Part shown: positions 43,046 to 56,115 of the stretch, in pieces
Layout: each line of letters starts with the position of its first letter
How positions within the stretch are numbered: position 1 is the stretch's first letter
NCBI GenBank assembly: GCA_951406725.2
Contig: OX597819.1
Location: forward strand, 129,270,001-129,334,000
Length of the DNA: 64,000 nt
Origin: Octopus vulgaris
Lineage: Eukaryota
Direction of reading: 5' to 3'
The notes under the pieces: generated by a model
Database searches by the model: none
What the model was told of the DNA's origin: nothing
The model's input: only the letters and a program-made list of their open reading frames with translations
Program-made: the position numbers and the translations under genes

Positions 43046-43865
43046 TCTAGAGTCCTAGATACCATGCACCTGAAAACTAAGGTGGTATAAGCGTAAATAA
43101 AATGGCTTTGAGTGCATGTCTATTGAAACTATAAGTTTCTTTCTAACGTTTCTCATAACGTTGAGAGAATATAGGTCAACAAATTTTACTACGAAACTGT
43201 CAGGTATTTAAATGTATTTTACATAAATAAGTATTTTGTTTCGGTATGTACATGACGAGACATACTAAGCTTTAGCTAGTCGGAGGCTGATGATACCTCG
43301 TCTATCAAAATAATTACACAGTAGAAAAACGAAGTCTTGGTTCTCATACTACCTTGGGATACTTTCAATGAATACAAATATATAAGTAAACCAGCAAGAA
43401 AATGTAGTCGTTCGATCTGTTAGAAATAGCAGCCAAATCTCCATCAAATTATTTATAAAAGAGAAAGGACACATTGAATAAAGTAGTCCTAGACCCTTTA
43501 TGTCTGGTTTAGAAAAAGAACAAGTAATGGTTTGAAGGCTTTTCATCATCGATTCTTTGATCTATCAGAGCTGCCATGGAGCTAAACAGCTACAACAACA
43601 ATAAGCTTAATAATCTTCGTTTCCAATAAATGACACGAATGCCAAGTTTGTGGTAACTATCTAATGACCTACCAAAGATGGTGTATTTAAATTGACTTTT
43701 CTGCGCTAATGTGCATTTTCTTTTCTGAACAACCAGAGTTATATATCATTTGAATTAACACCGGTTAATTAATGGGATTTATTTATTGTTCTGTAAGCAA
43801 CGAAGTTATGAAGTTAGGGACCGAATATAACGAGAAACATCTACGACGTGTGAGGGAGGGATCGG

Positions 43866-43922
<57 letters not shown>

Positions 43923-43953
43923 TTTTTTCTCTCCTTGTTTTTTTTCTGTGTCC

Positions 43954-43989
43954 CTTTCTGTAGAAGAGCGTAGGCTCGAAACGTAAAAG
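43954..43989 (+). ncRNA. Hammerhead-like motif with variant core (CUGUAGA), same family as 55290
   Basis: CUUU-CUGUAGA-A-GAGC GUAG GCUC-GAAA-CG-UA-AAAG. The downstream flank (gagcgttatactaatacat) resembles that of the 55290 copy (gggcgttaagctaatacat). Confidence 0.6.
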
Positions 43990-44080
43990 ACTTTTTTCTA
44001 TTCCTGAGCGTTATACTAATACATCTGTTTGTTTTGCACACCACCTGTCTTTGACTTTTGATTTTTTCGTAAACTCTCCC

Positions 44081-44146
<66 letters not shown>

Positions 44147-45898
44147 CGTGCGTGTATGTGTGTGTGTGTGCGTGCGTACGTGTATGTGTGTGGGGGGGTG
44201 CAAATTACTCTGCTACATATTTTGCATATGTCAAGAAATAAACACACCCAAAATTGTTACATAAAACACTATGCATGTGTATCTTTTGGTTGTTGGATGA
44301 TCTTATGGGTTATAATTGCTAACTCTCACAAACATGTCCTGGAAACGACTTTAAACTGCACCCGGTAATGAGACCGTGGTTCAAGAGTTCCAGTGTTTTG
44401 AGGAGCGTGGAACCCCTTCTTGGCCATTATTGTTCCCAGGTCTACTCTGACCCAGAGTAGTAGCACTTGTCAGGGTCGCCGTTATGAGTTAATTAGCAAG
44501 TCCAGTCAAGCAGGTGCAGTCCAATGGCTTGAGTGGGGACAATCAATGTAGGGAAAGGGAAACTACAATTCCAAATCCGTGCTGCTATTACCCGGCTATT
44601 GGAGAGGATTCGGAGGTGGGAATGGGGTGGGGTGGGGAGTAAATCCTGAGTAAAAATCGGTACTCGGAGCCTCTGAAGTAATTCGACGTTGTTCACAGAA
44701 TCGTTCTGGAAGTTTCTGCGATGACACCGGTGCCAAATTGTAACGAGCAAGCTGTTCCTTTGAATCCATCAGCGACGTTGAGGGGGAAAGAACATGCTTC
44801 AAGGGCAACAACCTGTCCCCCCGTACATAACTGATCCGGTTTGGATTCAACCGAACACACTATAGTGAGAAGACAGAACCGGCATCGGCCTGTTCAACCA
44901 CAGACAACCCTATTCCAGTCGGGCAGACTTCGTCCATGGTCATTAATGACAGGTGGAGAACCCGTTGAGACAATAATGAAACTGCTTGATAAAACTCTGA
45001 CTAACAACGTTACTGGTCCTGAAAAACTCTATGAATTTTCACTCTATTTTGTATTAAGTACTCCCTTCTTGTCTCATGCAATATCATAGTAGACGCGCGC
45101 GCAAACCTTCATATACACACATATATAGATACAAACAATATACATATATGTATGTATATGCGTGTGTGTGTGTACGCACCGTATGAGTACGTATATGTGT
45201 GTGTGCGTGTGTGTCTGTGCGTACGCAGCGTGTGAGTACCTATCTCTGGGTGTTTCAGGCGTGGTGTCTATATTTACATTCCGAAGAGTTCGTAGATAAA
45301 TACACGGCAACCACCATTCAATACCTCTGTTGTCCATAGAGACCGAGGATTTCATTACACGTGCCCACGCGTTCATGTACGCGTGTGTACGTGTGTGCGT
45401 GCGTGTGTGTGTGTATGTGTGTGCGTGTGTGTGTGTGCGTACATGTGTGTGTATGTGTGTGTGTGTAACTTAAGTGGTGTAAGAAGATACTAAACTAGGC
45501 AGCAATATCCAATTTAGCATTTGTTCAATAGGAACATTAATCATGTGCGCGCGTGTGTGTGTGTTTGTGTGTGTCTGTTTGTGTGTGGGTGTGTGTTTGT
45601 GTGTGTGTGTGTTTGTGTGTGGGTATGTGTTTGTGTGTGTGTGTTTGTGTGTGGGTGGGTGTTTGTGTGTGTGTGCGTGTGTGGGTGTGTGGGTGTTTGT
45701 GTGTGGGTGGGTGTTTGTGTGTGTGTGTTTGTATGTGTGTGTTTGTGTGTGTGTATGTGTGTGTTTGTGTGTGTGTGTGTGTATATGTGTGTTTGTGTGT
45801 GGGTGTGTTTGTGTGTGTGTATGTGTGTGTTTGTGTGTGTGTGTGTGTCTGTTTATAAGCGGATATGTAAACTGAATGGAAATACATAAAAATAGGTG

Positions 45899-45929
<31 letters not shown>

Positions 45930-46204
45930 GCTTACGTATTGCTGTATAGATACGACGTTCGCTTCGAATCCGTATGGTTCCTGGTTCGATCCCATGACAC
46001 AGCTCATTGTGAAAGTGTCTTCTACTATAAGTCTGACTTAATCAATACATTGTGAGTGCAATAAGTATACAAATCCACCTATATATATATATATATATAT
46101 ATAGATATATATATACATACATATATATATATATATATATACACATATATATACATATATACATACACACGCACGCACACGCACACACACACACACACCA
46201 CACA

Positions 46205-47526
46205 CGAGGGGCGTTCATTAAAGATTTCCTCTTATCCACTTCCGGTCATTGCAAGAAACGGAACTTGTAACTGTTATAATCATGCATGTCTCTACATGTC
46301 ACGTTGTAAATTTCAGCTTTCCACTTGTATTTGTGTGTATTTTACGGCTGCTGAAGTGGACTAAGGTTGTTATAATGGAGGCAGTCGAATGCAGATCAGC
46401 GATCAGGTCCTTATGCTTGAAAGGTCGTACACGAAAAGAGACTTTCAATGAGATGAAAGAAGTTTATGTTGACTATCATATGACGTGGTCAAGTACTGGC
46501 ATCACCAGTTCAAATGTGGTCGGACATCGGTGGAAATTGCTCCTATTCCTGGACGACCACATTCCGCCATTGATGACGATACAATCCATGAAGGGGAAGT
46601 TGCTACTTTGGAAGATCACCAAATAACTATTCGGCAACTAGCCCAAGAAGTGAAAATAAGTTAGGGTCCGTGAAAAAATCATTCACAGCTATTTGAACAT
46701 GCGGAAGTTGTCTGCACGATGGATTCCCTGGATGTTCACACCTTTTCGGTCGCAGGAATGAGTCGATTGCTCCAAGGCTCTTCTGGCAGAGTGCCAAGAA
46801 ATCGACAGACTTATCACACAGTATGAAACATGGGTCCATCGCTATGTTCCTGAGACTAAAGTCCAGTCGAAGCAATGGAAGTATGATAACTCACCACCTT
46901 CAAAGAAGGCTCGTGTCCCACCTTCAACGGGCAAGAGGATGCTCAACAACGGGCAAGAGGATTCAACGGGCAAGATGATGCTCACAGTCTTTTGGGACCA
47001 GCGCGGAGTAGTGATGATGGATTTTCTGGCAAAGGGAACCACAATTTATTGGGTATATTTTGCTTCTCTGCTGCAGAAATTGCGGGACACCGTCAAAGCA
47101 GAGAGACGTGGCATGCTGACCAAAGAAGTTGGCCTCCTCCAAGACAACGCCCCAGTTCACAAAGCGTATGTTGCCCAGATGAAAGCGCACTCTTGCGGCT
47201 ATGAAATCCTTCCTCATCCCTTCCTCATCCCCCTTACTCTCCCGACCTCGCACCATCTGGCTTCCACCTCTTTCCAAAGATGAAATCTTTTTTGAAGGAG
47301 AAGCACTTTTCGGATGATGATGAACTTATTTCCGAGATAAAGTCTTGTCTCTAAACACAACCTACCGACTTCTGCAGGCAAGATCTTCACAGCTGCATAA
47401 AGTGATGGAAGAAGTCTGACACCATTGGTGATGGCCATGTAGAGAAGGACTAAAAATTATGCCAAGTTTCGTTTATCCCAGTCCTTGGGAAGTGGGTCGG
47501 AGGAAACCTTTAATGAACACCCCTCG
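46205..47526 (+). mobile_element. Full-length decayed mariner (DD34D-type) DNA transposon, ~1.32 kb
   Basis: Terminal inverted repeats cgaggggcgttcattaaagatttcct / aggaaacctttaatgaacacccctcg. Frameshifted transposase motifs MEAVECRSAIR, RWIP, ITQYETW, GKMMLTVFWD, LLQDNAPVH and PHPPYSPDLAPSGFHLF. Confidence 0.93.
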
Positions 47527-47550
47527 TGAGTAAAATCCAAAAGTCAACAG

Positions 47551-47601
<51 letters not shown>

Positions 47602-47938
47602 ATATGTATGTATGTATGTATGTATATATGTATGTATGTATAATATTCTTATGATACGATTGTAGGAACTCCCATTTATGTATAGAACTCAGTATTAAAA
47701 ATTAGATAGGTTCTTCTTCTTTGCTGTCTTCTTAGAATTTGACCAGTATGTTTCAACTTGCTGGAAACCAATTCTATTCATGAAACGAGGACATTGTATA
47801 TTGATACAAGGAGAAAAGAATACAATTCAAAGACAACAGAGAAAAAGAGCAAAAAATAAGAAAAATGTTAAAACAAGGAAAAAAAAAGAGAAAAGACAAA
47901 AAGCAAAGAAAAACGGGATTACGAGGTCAAAGCGAGAT

Positions 47939-47987
<49 letters not shown>

Positions 47988-48328
47988 AAGAGCAAAAAGA
48001 TTTAAAGCTGAGGGGGGAACTAAGAAGTTATGATAGGAGAGTCGGTGCACAGTACAATGGTGTAGATGTGTAATATCAATATATTCAAAATAAATCTTTA
48101 CTTACAAATGTAATGAATCGCTTCATTTGAGATGTTGTGCCTAATACATACAAATCATATATATATGATTCATTAAGGATACATGTCTCTGCGGAATACC
48201 CATCCACTTACACACTAACTCAACGATTAGGCCACTCCTTTGAGCGGACAGCTCAAGCACTCATCATCGAAACCAACAAAGAACCACTCACACACATGCA
48301 CGCACACACACACATTAAACTCTCTGTC

Positions 48329-48362
<34 letters not shown>

Positions 48363-48423
48363 ACTCACTCACTCACTCTTTCTCACTCTCTCTCTCTCTC
48401 TCTCTCACCGTCTGTATGACTGT

Positions 48424-48704
<281 letters not shown>

Positions 48705-49146
48705 AAGCACACAATATACATGTGTGTATACAAAATATGTGAATCAATGGGAATAAGACGAGCGGACCAAGTAACCTGTTCATTGATGTCAGAAGACTCG
48801 ATAAGCAATTAGCATTCCTGCATCGCTGCCCCTATCATCATTACTTACTTATGATCGTGTTATGTTGTCATGCGGCGCCAAGAAGCGAAAGATTCCAATA
48901 AGCAACATGCAGGTTCGCACCAACAGGGGTGAATGCACATGGTCATTCGTATTGCTAGATATAACTACTAACCTTACCTCGAATTGCGTCTTACCGTGAT
49001 TACAATAAATGAGTGTACACTATGTTGTCCTTAATACACTTTAATTAAACAAAGCGGGAACATCTCTGATCAGAAGTCTGCTCAGTCGAAGCTGAGCGAG
49101 AACCAAAGAACATACCAGTTCATCATCATCATGATCATTATTATTA

Positions 49147-49207
<61 letters not shown>

Positions 49208-49208
<1 letters not shown>

Positions 49209-49510
49209 GGCGGCGAGCTGGCAGAAACGTTAGCACGCCGGGCGAAATGCGTAGCCGTATTTCGTCTGCAGTTACGTTCTGAGTTCAAATTCCGCCGAGG
49301 TCGATTTTGCCTTTCATCCTTTCGGGGTCGATTAAATAAGTACCAGTCACGCACTGGGGTCGATATAATCGACTTAATCCGTTTGTCTGTCCTTGTTTGT
49401 CCCCTCTATGTTTAGCCCCCTGTGGGTAGTAAAGAAATACGTTCTGAGTTAAAATTTCATCGAGGTCAACTTAATCTTTCATCCTTTCGGGATCAATAAA
49501 ATAAGTATCC
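49208..49510 (+). mobile_element. SINE family B
   Basis: Full head and body following (TTA)n, with a partial extra unit. Confidence 0.82.
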
Positions 49511-49865
49511 GTTGAATACTAAGGTTGATGCAATCGACTACCCCCACCCGCCTCCCAAAATTTCAGGCTTTGTTGAAGAAATGAAGACATTGTATATTGT
49601 TACTAGGAGAAAGACGTACAATTCAAAGACAAAGGATTATTATTCGTACAAAGAGGTTGCATTCTGCTGCAAGCGTTCCGTTGTAGCTCTGAACTAAGTC
49701 AAATAGTCCTCTTCTATCTCACTTTGAAAACCTCCTGTAAAGCCAACCAATGTTCGTTGGTGTGCTGGAAAATATCAGAAGAATACACTCTACATATCAC
49801 CATAAAATTTACGGAATGAACAGATTTTTAATGGAATCATTATCGGAAAAAAATGCTGAGTGTAA

Positions 49866-50057
49866 TACGAGTGGATGCTGAAAAGGAGGATCAATTAATT
49901 ATGATTTTATTCAAGATATTCCCCTCTCAGATTCACACACTTGTCGCAGCGGTCCTTCAGTTTTTCTAAGCCCTTTAAAAGAACACGGAAGGTTAAGCCT
50001 CCAACCGGGCCTTTCGCGACACCCTTAAAACCAAGAACTTTTCAGCACCCCCTTGTA
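49866..50057 (-). mobile_element. Mariner-derived MITE, inverted homolog of 16538-16753
   Basis: Ends tacgagtggatgctgaaaag / cttttcagcacccccttgta; the internal ttcccctctcagattcacacactt is the reverse complement of the 16.6-kb copy. Confidence 0.72.
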
Positions 50058-50997
50058 GGTTATAGGCCAAAGATGGAGCCTCTACTAAGTTGCTTGACCA
50101 GCAATACCAATCAAATTTCTCTCGGAGTCATACTCTAGAACCTTGTGTAAAGACATTAGACAATGTTGATAGAGATACCCCTAAAGAGACAGTGGAGTGA
50201 CCAAGGCTGGAATGTTTTTTTCTCGGGTTTGCTGGAACTAAACAATACATAAGGTTTTTGTTCCCTGTATTAAATAAACTAATATTAAGTCCTTTGGCAT
50301 GAAAGCAAGTGCTATAGAACAAGATATAAGCAAACGGGTTTACAGCAACAACTAAGCCGAGCCAACGAGAGAGAGCTTCTAGTGGTCTAGACCTGCTAGA
50401 AACTGTAGCCAAATCTCCCTCGAATCATACTTTACCGTATTTTAAAAATCCGTTTTAAAAAAAGTTGTCCTTGGTTGATGCCTATAAGTAAAAGACTGGA
50501 TGGTCACGACCGAAATTACTTTCAACGAAAATCTTCTCGATCAGCGGTAGCAACCGGGTACCAACCTCTTACATCTCAGCCTAATGTTCGTACGTCTTTA
50601 TTGTCTCTCAGCCTTCTACACAAACATGGATGGTAAATGTCAGGTGTGGCGTGATCATTGCTGACATTTCTACACAATTCGATCAAACCGATGAAGAGAC
50701 ATATATAAATAATGATTGTTAATTGCTATCGTTCTTATTCTATGGTGACAGGAACAAATACGTATCGATGTCAAAAACCTTTACATCTCAAAGATCGCCA
50801 GGAATTTATTGTATTAAATACCACCGCTGTTTATTCATTTTTTTCTTCCGACGGGGGTTGACGTTTTCGTTATTTGTGCCTGAACTTGTCTTTCGTTTCT
50901 ATGTTTTTATGGTTTCCGATATATAATTGATTTTGCTTGGAGATTTTCTTTATCGGAAGTGGATTTTAGTTTGTTTTATTTTACATTGCCCTTCCCT

Positions 50998-51034
<37 letters not shown>

Positions 51035-51187
51035 CTCCTTCCCTCTCCCTTTCTCTCTCTCCCCCTCTTTCTTTCTTGCTCTCAAACTCTCTAAATCTCT
51101 CTCTTTTTCCTTCTCTTTGTCTTGCTCTCTTTCTTTCTTACTCTCAAACTTTCTCTTTTCCCCCACCACCAGTCTTTTGCTTTCCAA

Positions 51188-51221
<34 letters not shown>

Positions 51222-52160
51222 TCTCTCTCTCTCTCTCTCGCTCGCTTTCTCTTTCTCTTAATCTTTCTCTCTGTCTCTTCTCTTTCTCTTGCTCTCTTAC
51301 TCTTTCTTCCTCCCTCTCTCCCTCTGTCTCCATCTTTTGCTATCAAGTTCTCTCTTTCTTCCCCTGCTCTCTAACTCTTTCCTTCGGTCTTCCCGCTTTA
51401 CTCATTCCTTCTCTCTCTCTCTCTCTCTCCCTTGCTGCCTTGCTCTCTAACTCTTTCTTTCTCCTTCTCTCTCTCACTCTCTCTCCCCAAATGCCTCTTT
51501 CTCTTGTTGTGACGTGATATTGGTTCGCATGAAAAGCGAGTGATATATCTCAATTAGTCCAATTAACTAAAGTGATATTCCTGATAGCTTTCGTGCGACC
51601 AATGTATAAGTGCACACAAAAACCTATATGTCAGACCGCATTTAAATATCCAGATGTTAAATGCTGCCTTTTTCATGTAGGCTGTTTGCTGCTTTGTAGC
51701 TGTCGAGCTTAGGGCAAAGGCAAACATTTTGAAAGCTAAACACACGATGCTGTTTCGGTTTTCAGATTTTTATGGCCTTACGCCAAACAGGTTTGTCGGT
51801 CGTGCCAACGAGGGAGCCTCTACATTGTGTGTTGACCTGCTAGAAATAACACCCAAACCTCTTTCAAATTACAACGTACCATTTTAATTGTACGTTATTA
51901 TTTTAATAGTAGGGCGCGGAGTAGGGTGGGGGGCACTGGATAATGTAGTCCTAGAAGATGCGTCGCCTCTGAATTAAAAGCGGGATGGTCGTTGTTGGAA
52001 CGTCTTTAGTTATGGGTCCGCTCGATCACTGATGGTCTGGCACTAAATTATATCAACGACAGCAAAAAAAGAGCAGCGATATTGCCCTCCAAATGCGTAG
52101 CTCAGCTTCGCACTCTGATCTCTACTCGTAGGTAACACTGAGGAATTTTAGCTCTTGTGC

Positions 52161-52205
<45 letters not shown>

Positions 52206-52312
52206 CCGTCCAAAAATTTGGACCTGGAGATCTCCATTTCCAGCGACTTCGAGGGCCACCTCCCAGTGGTGTCGGGCGTCAACGAAGAGCCCTTGACTAC
52301 AACAAGACGACC

Positions 52313-52364
<52 letters not shown>

Positions 52365-52380
52365 GTAATAATAATAATAA

Positions 52381-52560
52381 ATACATAATAAAAACACCAG
52401 GACTAATAAATATATATAACATACAGAAAATTGCACTACTGGGCACTGCATACATCAATACAGTAACCATCAGAGCATCACAACAAATCACAGCACATAC
52501 CCAAGGCACACAGAGCTGCGCTCGGTAGTGAAGTGAAAGCACGCTATAAAAATAAAACTA

Positions 52561-52563
<3 letters not shown>
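52381..52563 (+). mobile_element. R4/Dong-like non-LTR element 3' end inserted in (TAA)n
   Basis: KTPGLINIYNIQKIALLGTAYI resembles the QKxxLLGTAxI C-terminus of R4/Dong ORFs. Long (TAA)n on both sides, the known Dong target. Confidence 0.65.
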
Positions 52564-52649
<86 letters not shown>

Positions 52650-52850
52650 TCCTTTTTACTATAAGCACTAGGCCTGAAATTTGGGGGAGAGGATAGTCGA
52701 TTATATTGACTCTAGTACTCAACTGTTACTTATTTTATCGACTCCGAAAGGATGAAAGGCAAAGTTGACCTCGGCGGAATTTGAATTCAGAACGTGAAGA
52801 CGGACGAAATGCCGCGAAGCATTTTGCCCGGCGTTCTAACAATTCCGTCA
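52650..52850 (-). mobile_element. Older SINE family B relative with a different tail
   Basis: Shares ccgaaaggatgaaaggcaaagt(t)gacctcggcggaatttgaa with family B. Confidence 0.7.
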
Positions 52851-52978
52851 GAAATTAATTTAGAGGACAGCTTAAGTGCTGTATGTAATTTGAGTGAGAA
52901 ATCAATCAGAGAATTGCTTAGATGAATTGAATATATTCGATACTTCTACGTTCAGTTAATTTTGTTTGGGTTTTTTTT

Positions 52979-53310
52979 CATGGTGCCAAAGATCCCAACA
53001 TCACCATCAAAATACAGGACCAGATACTGCAACAGCTTGGGTTTCTGGGGACCACAGCTCTTCAATATCCTTCCTAAATGCCTGGGAGACCTACATGGTG
53101 TGAATGTGGGTTTCTTTAAAACTAAACTGGATCTCTTCTTGTCAGGGGTTCCAGATGAACCTACCTCTCAGCAGGAAACACAGATGCGGGCAGCGGCGTC
53201 GAACTCCCTTGTTGATCAAGTGCCACGTATCAGAGGTGGTTTCACCTACTAGTGTAGCTCGTTCGACGGTGGTGCCCCAGCATGGCCGGAGCCTTCGGGC
53301 TGAAACATTT
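52979..53310 (+). mobile_element. CR1-group LINE 3' fragment
   Basis: YCNSLGFWGPQLFNILPKCLGDLHGVNVGFFKTKLDLFLSGVPDEP with the same 3' tail. Confidence 0.85.
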
Positions 53311-53648
53311 TTAAGGGGTTTAAGGATTATGTTTGTACTTTATTATTTATGTAAATCTATGATATCTATCTTAGGTCTTTTGACTTTTTTTATATGAGGT
53401 TGAGTCAGAAAGTAATACAATTTTTTGTATTTGTATTACTTTCTGATTAGCATTTGAGTTCTAAAAGGACAAATAGCCACTCCATGTATGACTCTACAAC
53501 AAACGACATTTAAAAACAACATTTCTATTCCATCGCTTATTCTTGGGAATTGGCATGGCAGGGTGGTTAAGAAGAATTTTTTGAAGCTACTTGGATTCGG
53601 TCTCACTATTTGGCGACTTTGAGTTTTCTACTATATCTTTGTATTGTA

Positions 53649-53723
<75 letters not shown>

Positions 53724-53994
53724 AATATATATATATGTGATAAAAATAATCAGATTGTAACGTTAGATAAGTTTATATTCAATTAAAGTTCTCGGAACCA
53801 ATTTCAAAGGATGTCATTTTAGATAAATTATATTCAGTTTCTGACGTCATTGGCTGTATATCGTATATAAAGGATATATGTATGTGTGTGTGCGCGCACG
53901 TGTATGTATGTATGTATGTATGTATGTATGTATGTATGTATGTATGTATGTATGTATGTATGTATGCATGTATGTATGATGTTATATATGTATA

Positions 53995-54136
53995 CTTAGC
54001 GGTTCGACAAAAAGTGACCGATAGAATAAGTACTGGGCTTACAAAGAATAAGTCCCGGGGTCGATTTGCTCGACTAAAGGCGGTGCACCAGCATGGCCGC
54101 AGTCAAATGACTGAAACAAGTAAAAGAGTAAAAGAG
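53995..54136 (+). mobile_element. SINE family C 3' half
   Basis: ttagcggttcgacaaaa...gaccgatagaataagtac...ggcggtgcaccagcatggccgcagtcaaatgactgaaacaag. Confidence 0.78.
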
Positions 54137-54360
54137 TATACATAAACATACATACATATACGTATTCATTTGAGTGTGTGTGTGTGTGTGTATGAACACA
54201 CACACACACACACACACACAATGATAGGAACAAATTTACGTTATGATCTCAAATATACTCTGCGAAATGTACTTCATTCCATCTAAATCTCAGTCTTCTC
54301 AAGACATGCCAAAAATAATCTGACTGTGAACGAAGTAGACAAACTATACGTGAAAGAAAA

Positions 54361-54499
54361 ATGCCGAATTGCAGTCCATTAGATCTGCCTCCACGTATTC
54401 TAGGAATATTACGACATTCTGTAGATATTTTGGAGAATGGAATCTGTCTCTATTACATCATGTTTGCTATGCATTGTGGGAAGGCTGCAGAAGCTTGTA
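54361..54499 (+). CDS. Candidate (unconfirmed) first coding exon of the Ly6 gene
   Basis: ATG-open for 46 codons + 1 nt, ending at A|gtaagt (54500); phase 1, compatible with exon 56116 (gives ...KAAEACSPVTCYKC). The hydrophobic core is weak and it adds extra Cys, so it may be chance. Confidence 0.22.
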
Positions 54500-55164
54500 G
54501 TAAGTTATTCTGTTCACTTTTGCCATGGTCTGTTTGCGGTTTCGTACTTTTTATAACTAGATTCATTATGGTTCATACAAACTTGATGAGTAGGTAAATA
54601 GGTATTTAGGTAGAGAGTGAGAGGCAGAGGTTTTTTTTTTTTTTTCTTTCTTGTAATTTCTAAAAGATTTCTTCGTTGTCTTTTACCTCGCTTGAATAAT
54701 ATATTTTCTCATCACTAACGGAAGCGAATTTACCACGACTGTTTCAAACAAACCTGTTGCCAAATTATTTCGTACTGTTGTGGTTTCAAAGATAAATTCT
54801 TGCTGTAACTAATCTATAAAAAAGTATTTCCTTAAAATGTCTACACAGCTGCCCAGGGTTCAACCCCATTGTTTTTCTTTGCTGTATTATTATTTTTTTG
54901 TTATATTTCTTTACTTTTTCAATGCTTTTTTTCACTAATTGCCTTCTGGTATTCCATTGTTTTCAACATCAAAACTATTTCTAAAGGCTTGTAATTTTCT
55001 TGTTTTGAGTCTTTAGACTGCAACTATGGTGGGACACCGCATTGAAGGGTATAGTGAAACAGATCAACTACAGTACTTATCCTGTCCTTCTTTTTTTTGC
55101 CAAACCGCTAAGTTACGGGGACGTTAATAAAGTAACACTAGTTGTCAGGCAGTAGTTGGGACAA

Positions 55165-55234
<70 letters not shown>

Positions 55235-55289
55235 CTACACATGTGCCGTTGGCGATTTCTGTTTCATCTTTGGACTTTTCCCTTTCTCC

Positions 55290-55322
55290 TTTCTGACGAA
55301 GAGCTATGCTCGAAACGTCAAA
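55290..55322 (+). ncRNA. Minimal type I hammerhead ribozyme motif
   Basis: UUU-CUGACGA-A-GAGC UAU GCUC-GAAA-CG-UC-AAA: intact core, 4-bp stem II, short stem I. Lies in a ~200-bp insert between (TA)n tracts. Confidence 0.72.
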
Positions 55323-55434
55323 CTCTTTCACTGGGCGTTAAGCTAATACATTTTTTGTGCGCGTCCTCACGTTCGTTTTTTTTTTTATCGTTTTTTATTT
55401 ATTTTGAATTCGTTTATTTGTTTATTTGAATTGA

Positions 55435-55493
<59 letters not shown>

Positions 55494-55539
55494 GAGTAAA
55501 TGGTGGGGGCTGTGTTGATCGGACGTGGAGAAATGGTAC

Positions 55540-55741
55540 GAGAGGAAAAATTATAATAAGGCAGAATGCTAAATTGAAAGTAAATTTTAATAAAAATGGG
55601 TGTATGGAAAATTAAAAAAATATTACTTTTTCTTTATTATCATTTTTTTATTATTATTATTTTTCTTTTTTAATTGTCCATACACCCATTTTTATTAAAA
55701 TTTACTTTCAATTTAGCATTCTGCTTATAATTTTTCCTCTC
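55540..55741. repeat. Foldback inverted repeat, ~75-bp arms, between (TA)n tracts
   Basis: gagaggaaaaattataa(taag)gcagaatgct...gtatgga versus tccatac...agcattctgcttataatttttcctctc. Confidence 0.92.
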
Positions 55742-56115
55742 CTATATATATATATATGATGTCATTCATTTTCCATCGAGCAAATCCACTCACAAGGCTT
55801 TTGTTGTCTGGGGTTATAATAGAAGTCACTTGCGCAAGGTGCTATGCAGTGGGACTGAGCTCAGTACCACGGGGTTGGGAAGCAATATTCTTACCGCACA
55901 TCCACGTCTCTGCCTATACCGGCGTGGCTGGTAACAAACATACATGTATGGGTGTGAGTCTGTGTATGCGCTCACGTGTGTGTTCGTGCATTCTGTATGA
56001 ACGTGAGTATATATATAATGACACACGTGGATATGTATGTATAAAATATAAGTGACAAACTAGGTGAGAGATATATAAGGTTGTTTCATGTTCGTCTGTT
56101 TTTTGTTTATTTCAG

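Noticed and set aside
46939-47283. Active transposase or SETMAR-like host gene
   Set aside because: Multiple frameshifts and stops, and catalytic Asp positions altered (TQYETW, APSGF); no SET exons seen.
54838-54939. ATG-initiated hydrophobic stretch (MSTQLPRVQPHCFSLLYYYFFVIF...) as the Ly6 signal peptide
   Set aside because: Ends in a stop with no convincing phase 1 donor; hydrophobicity arises from T-rich sequence.
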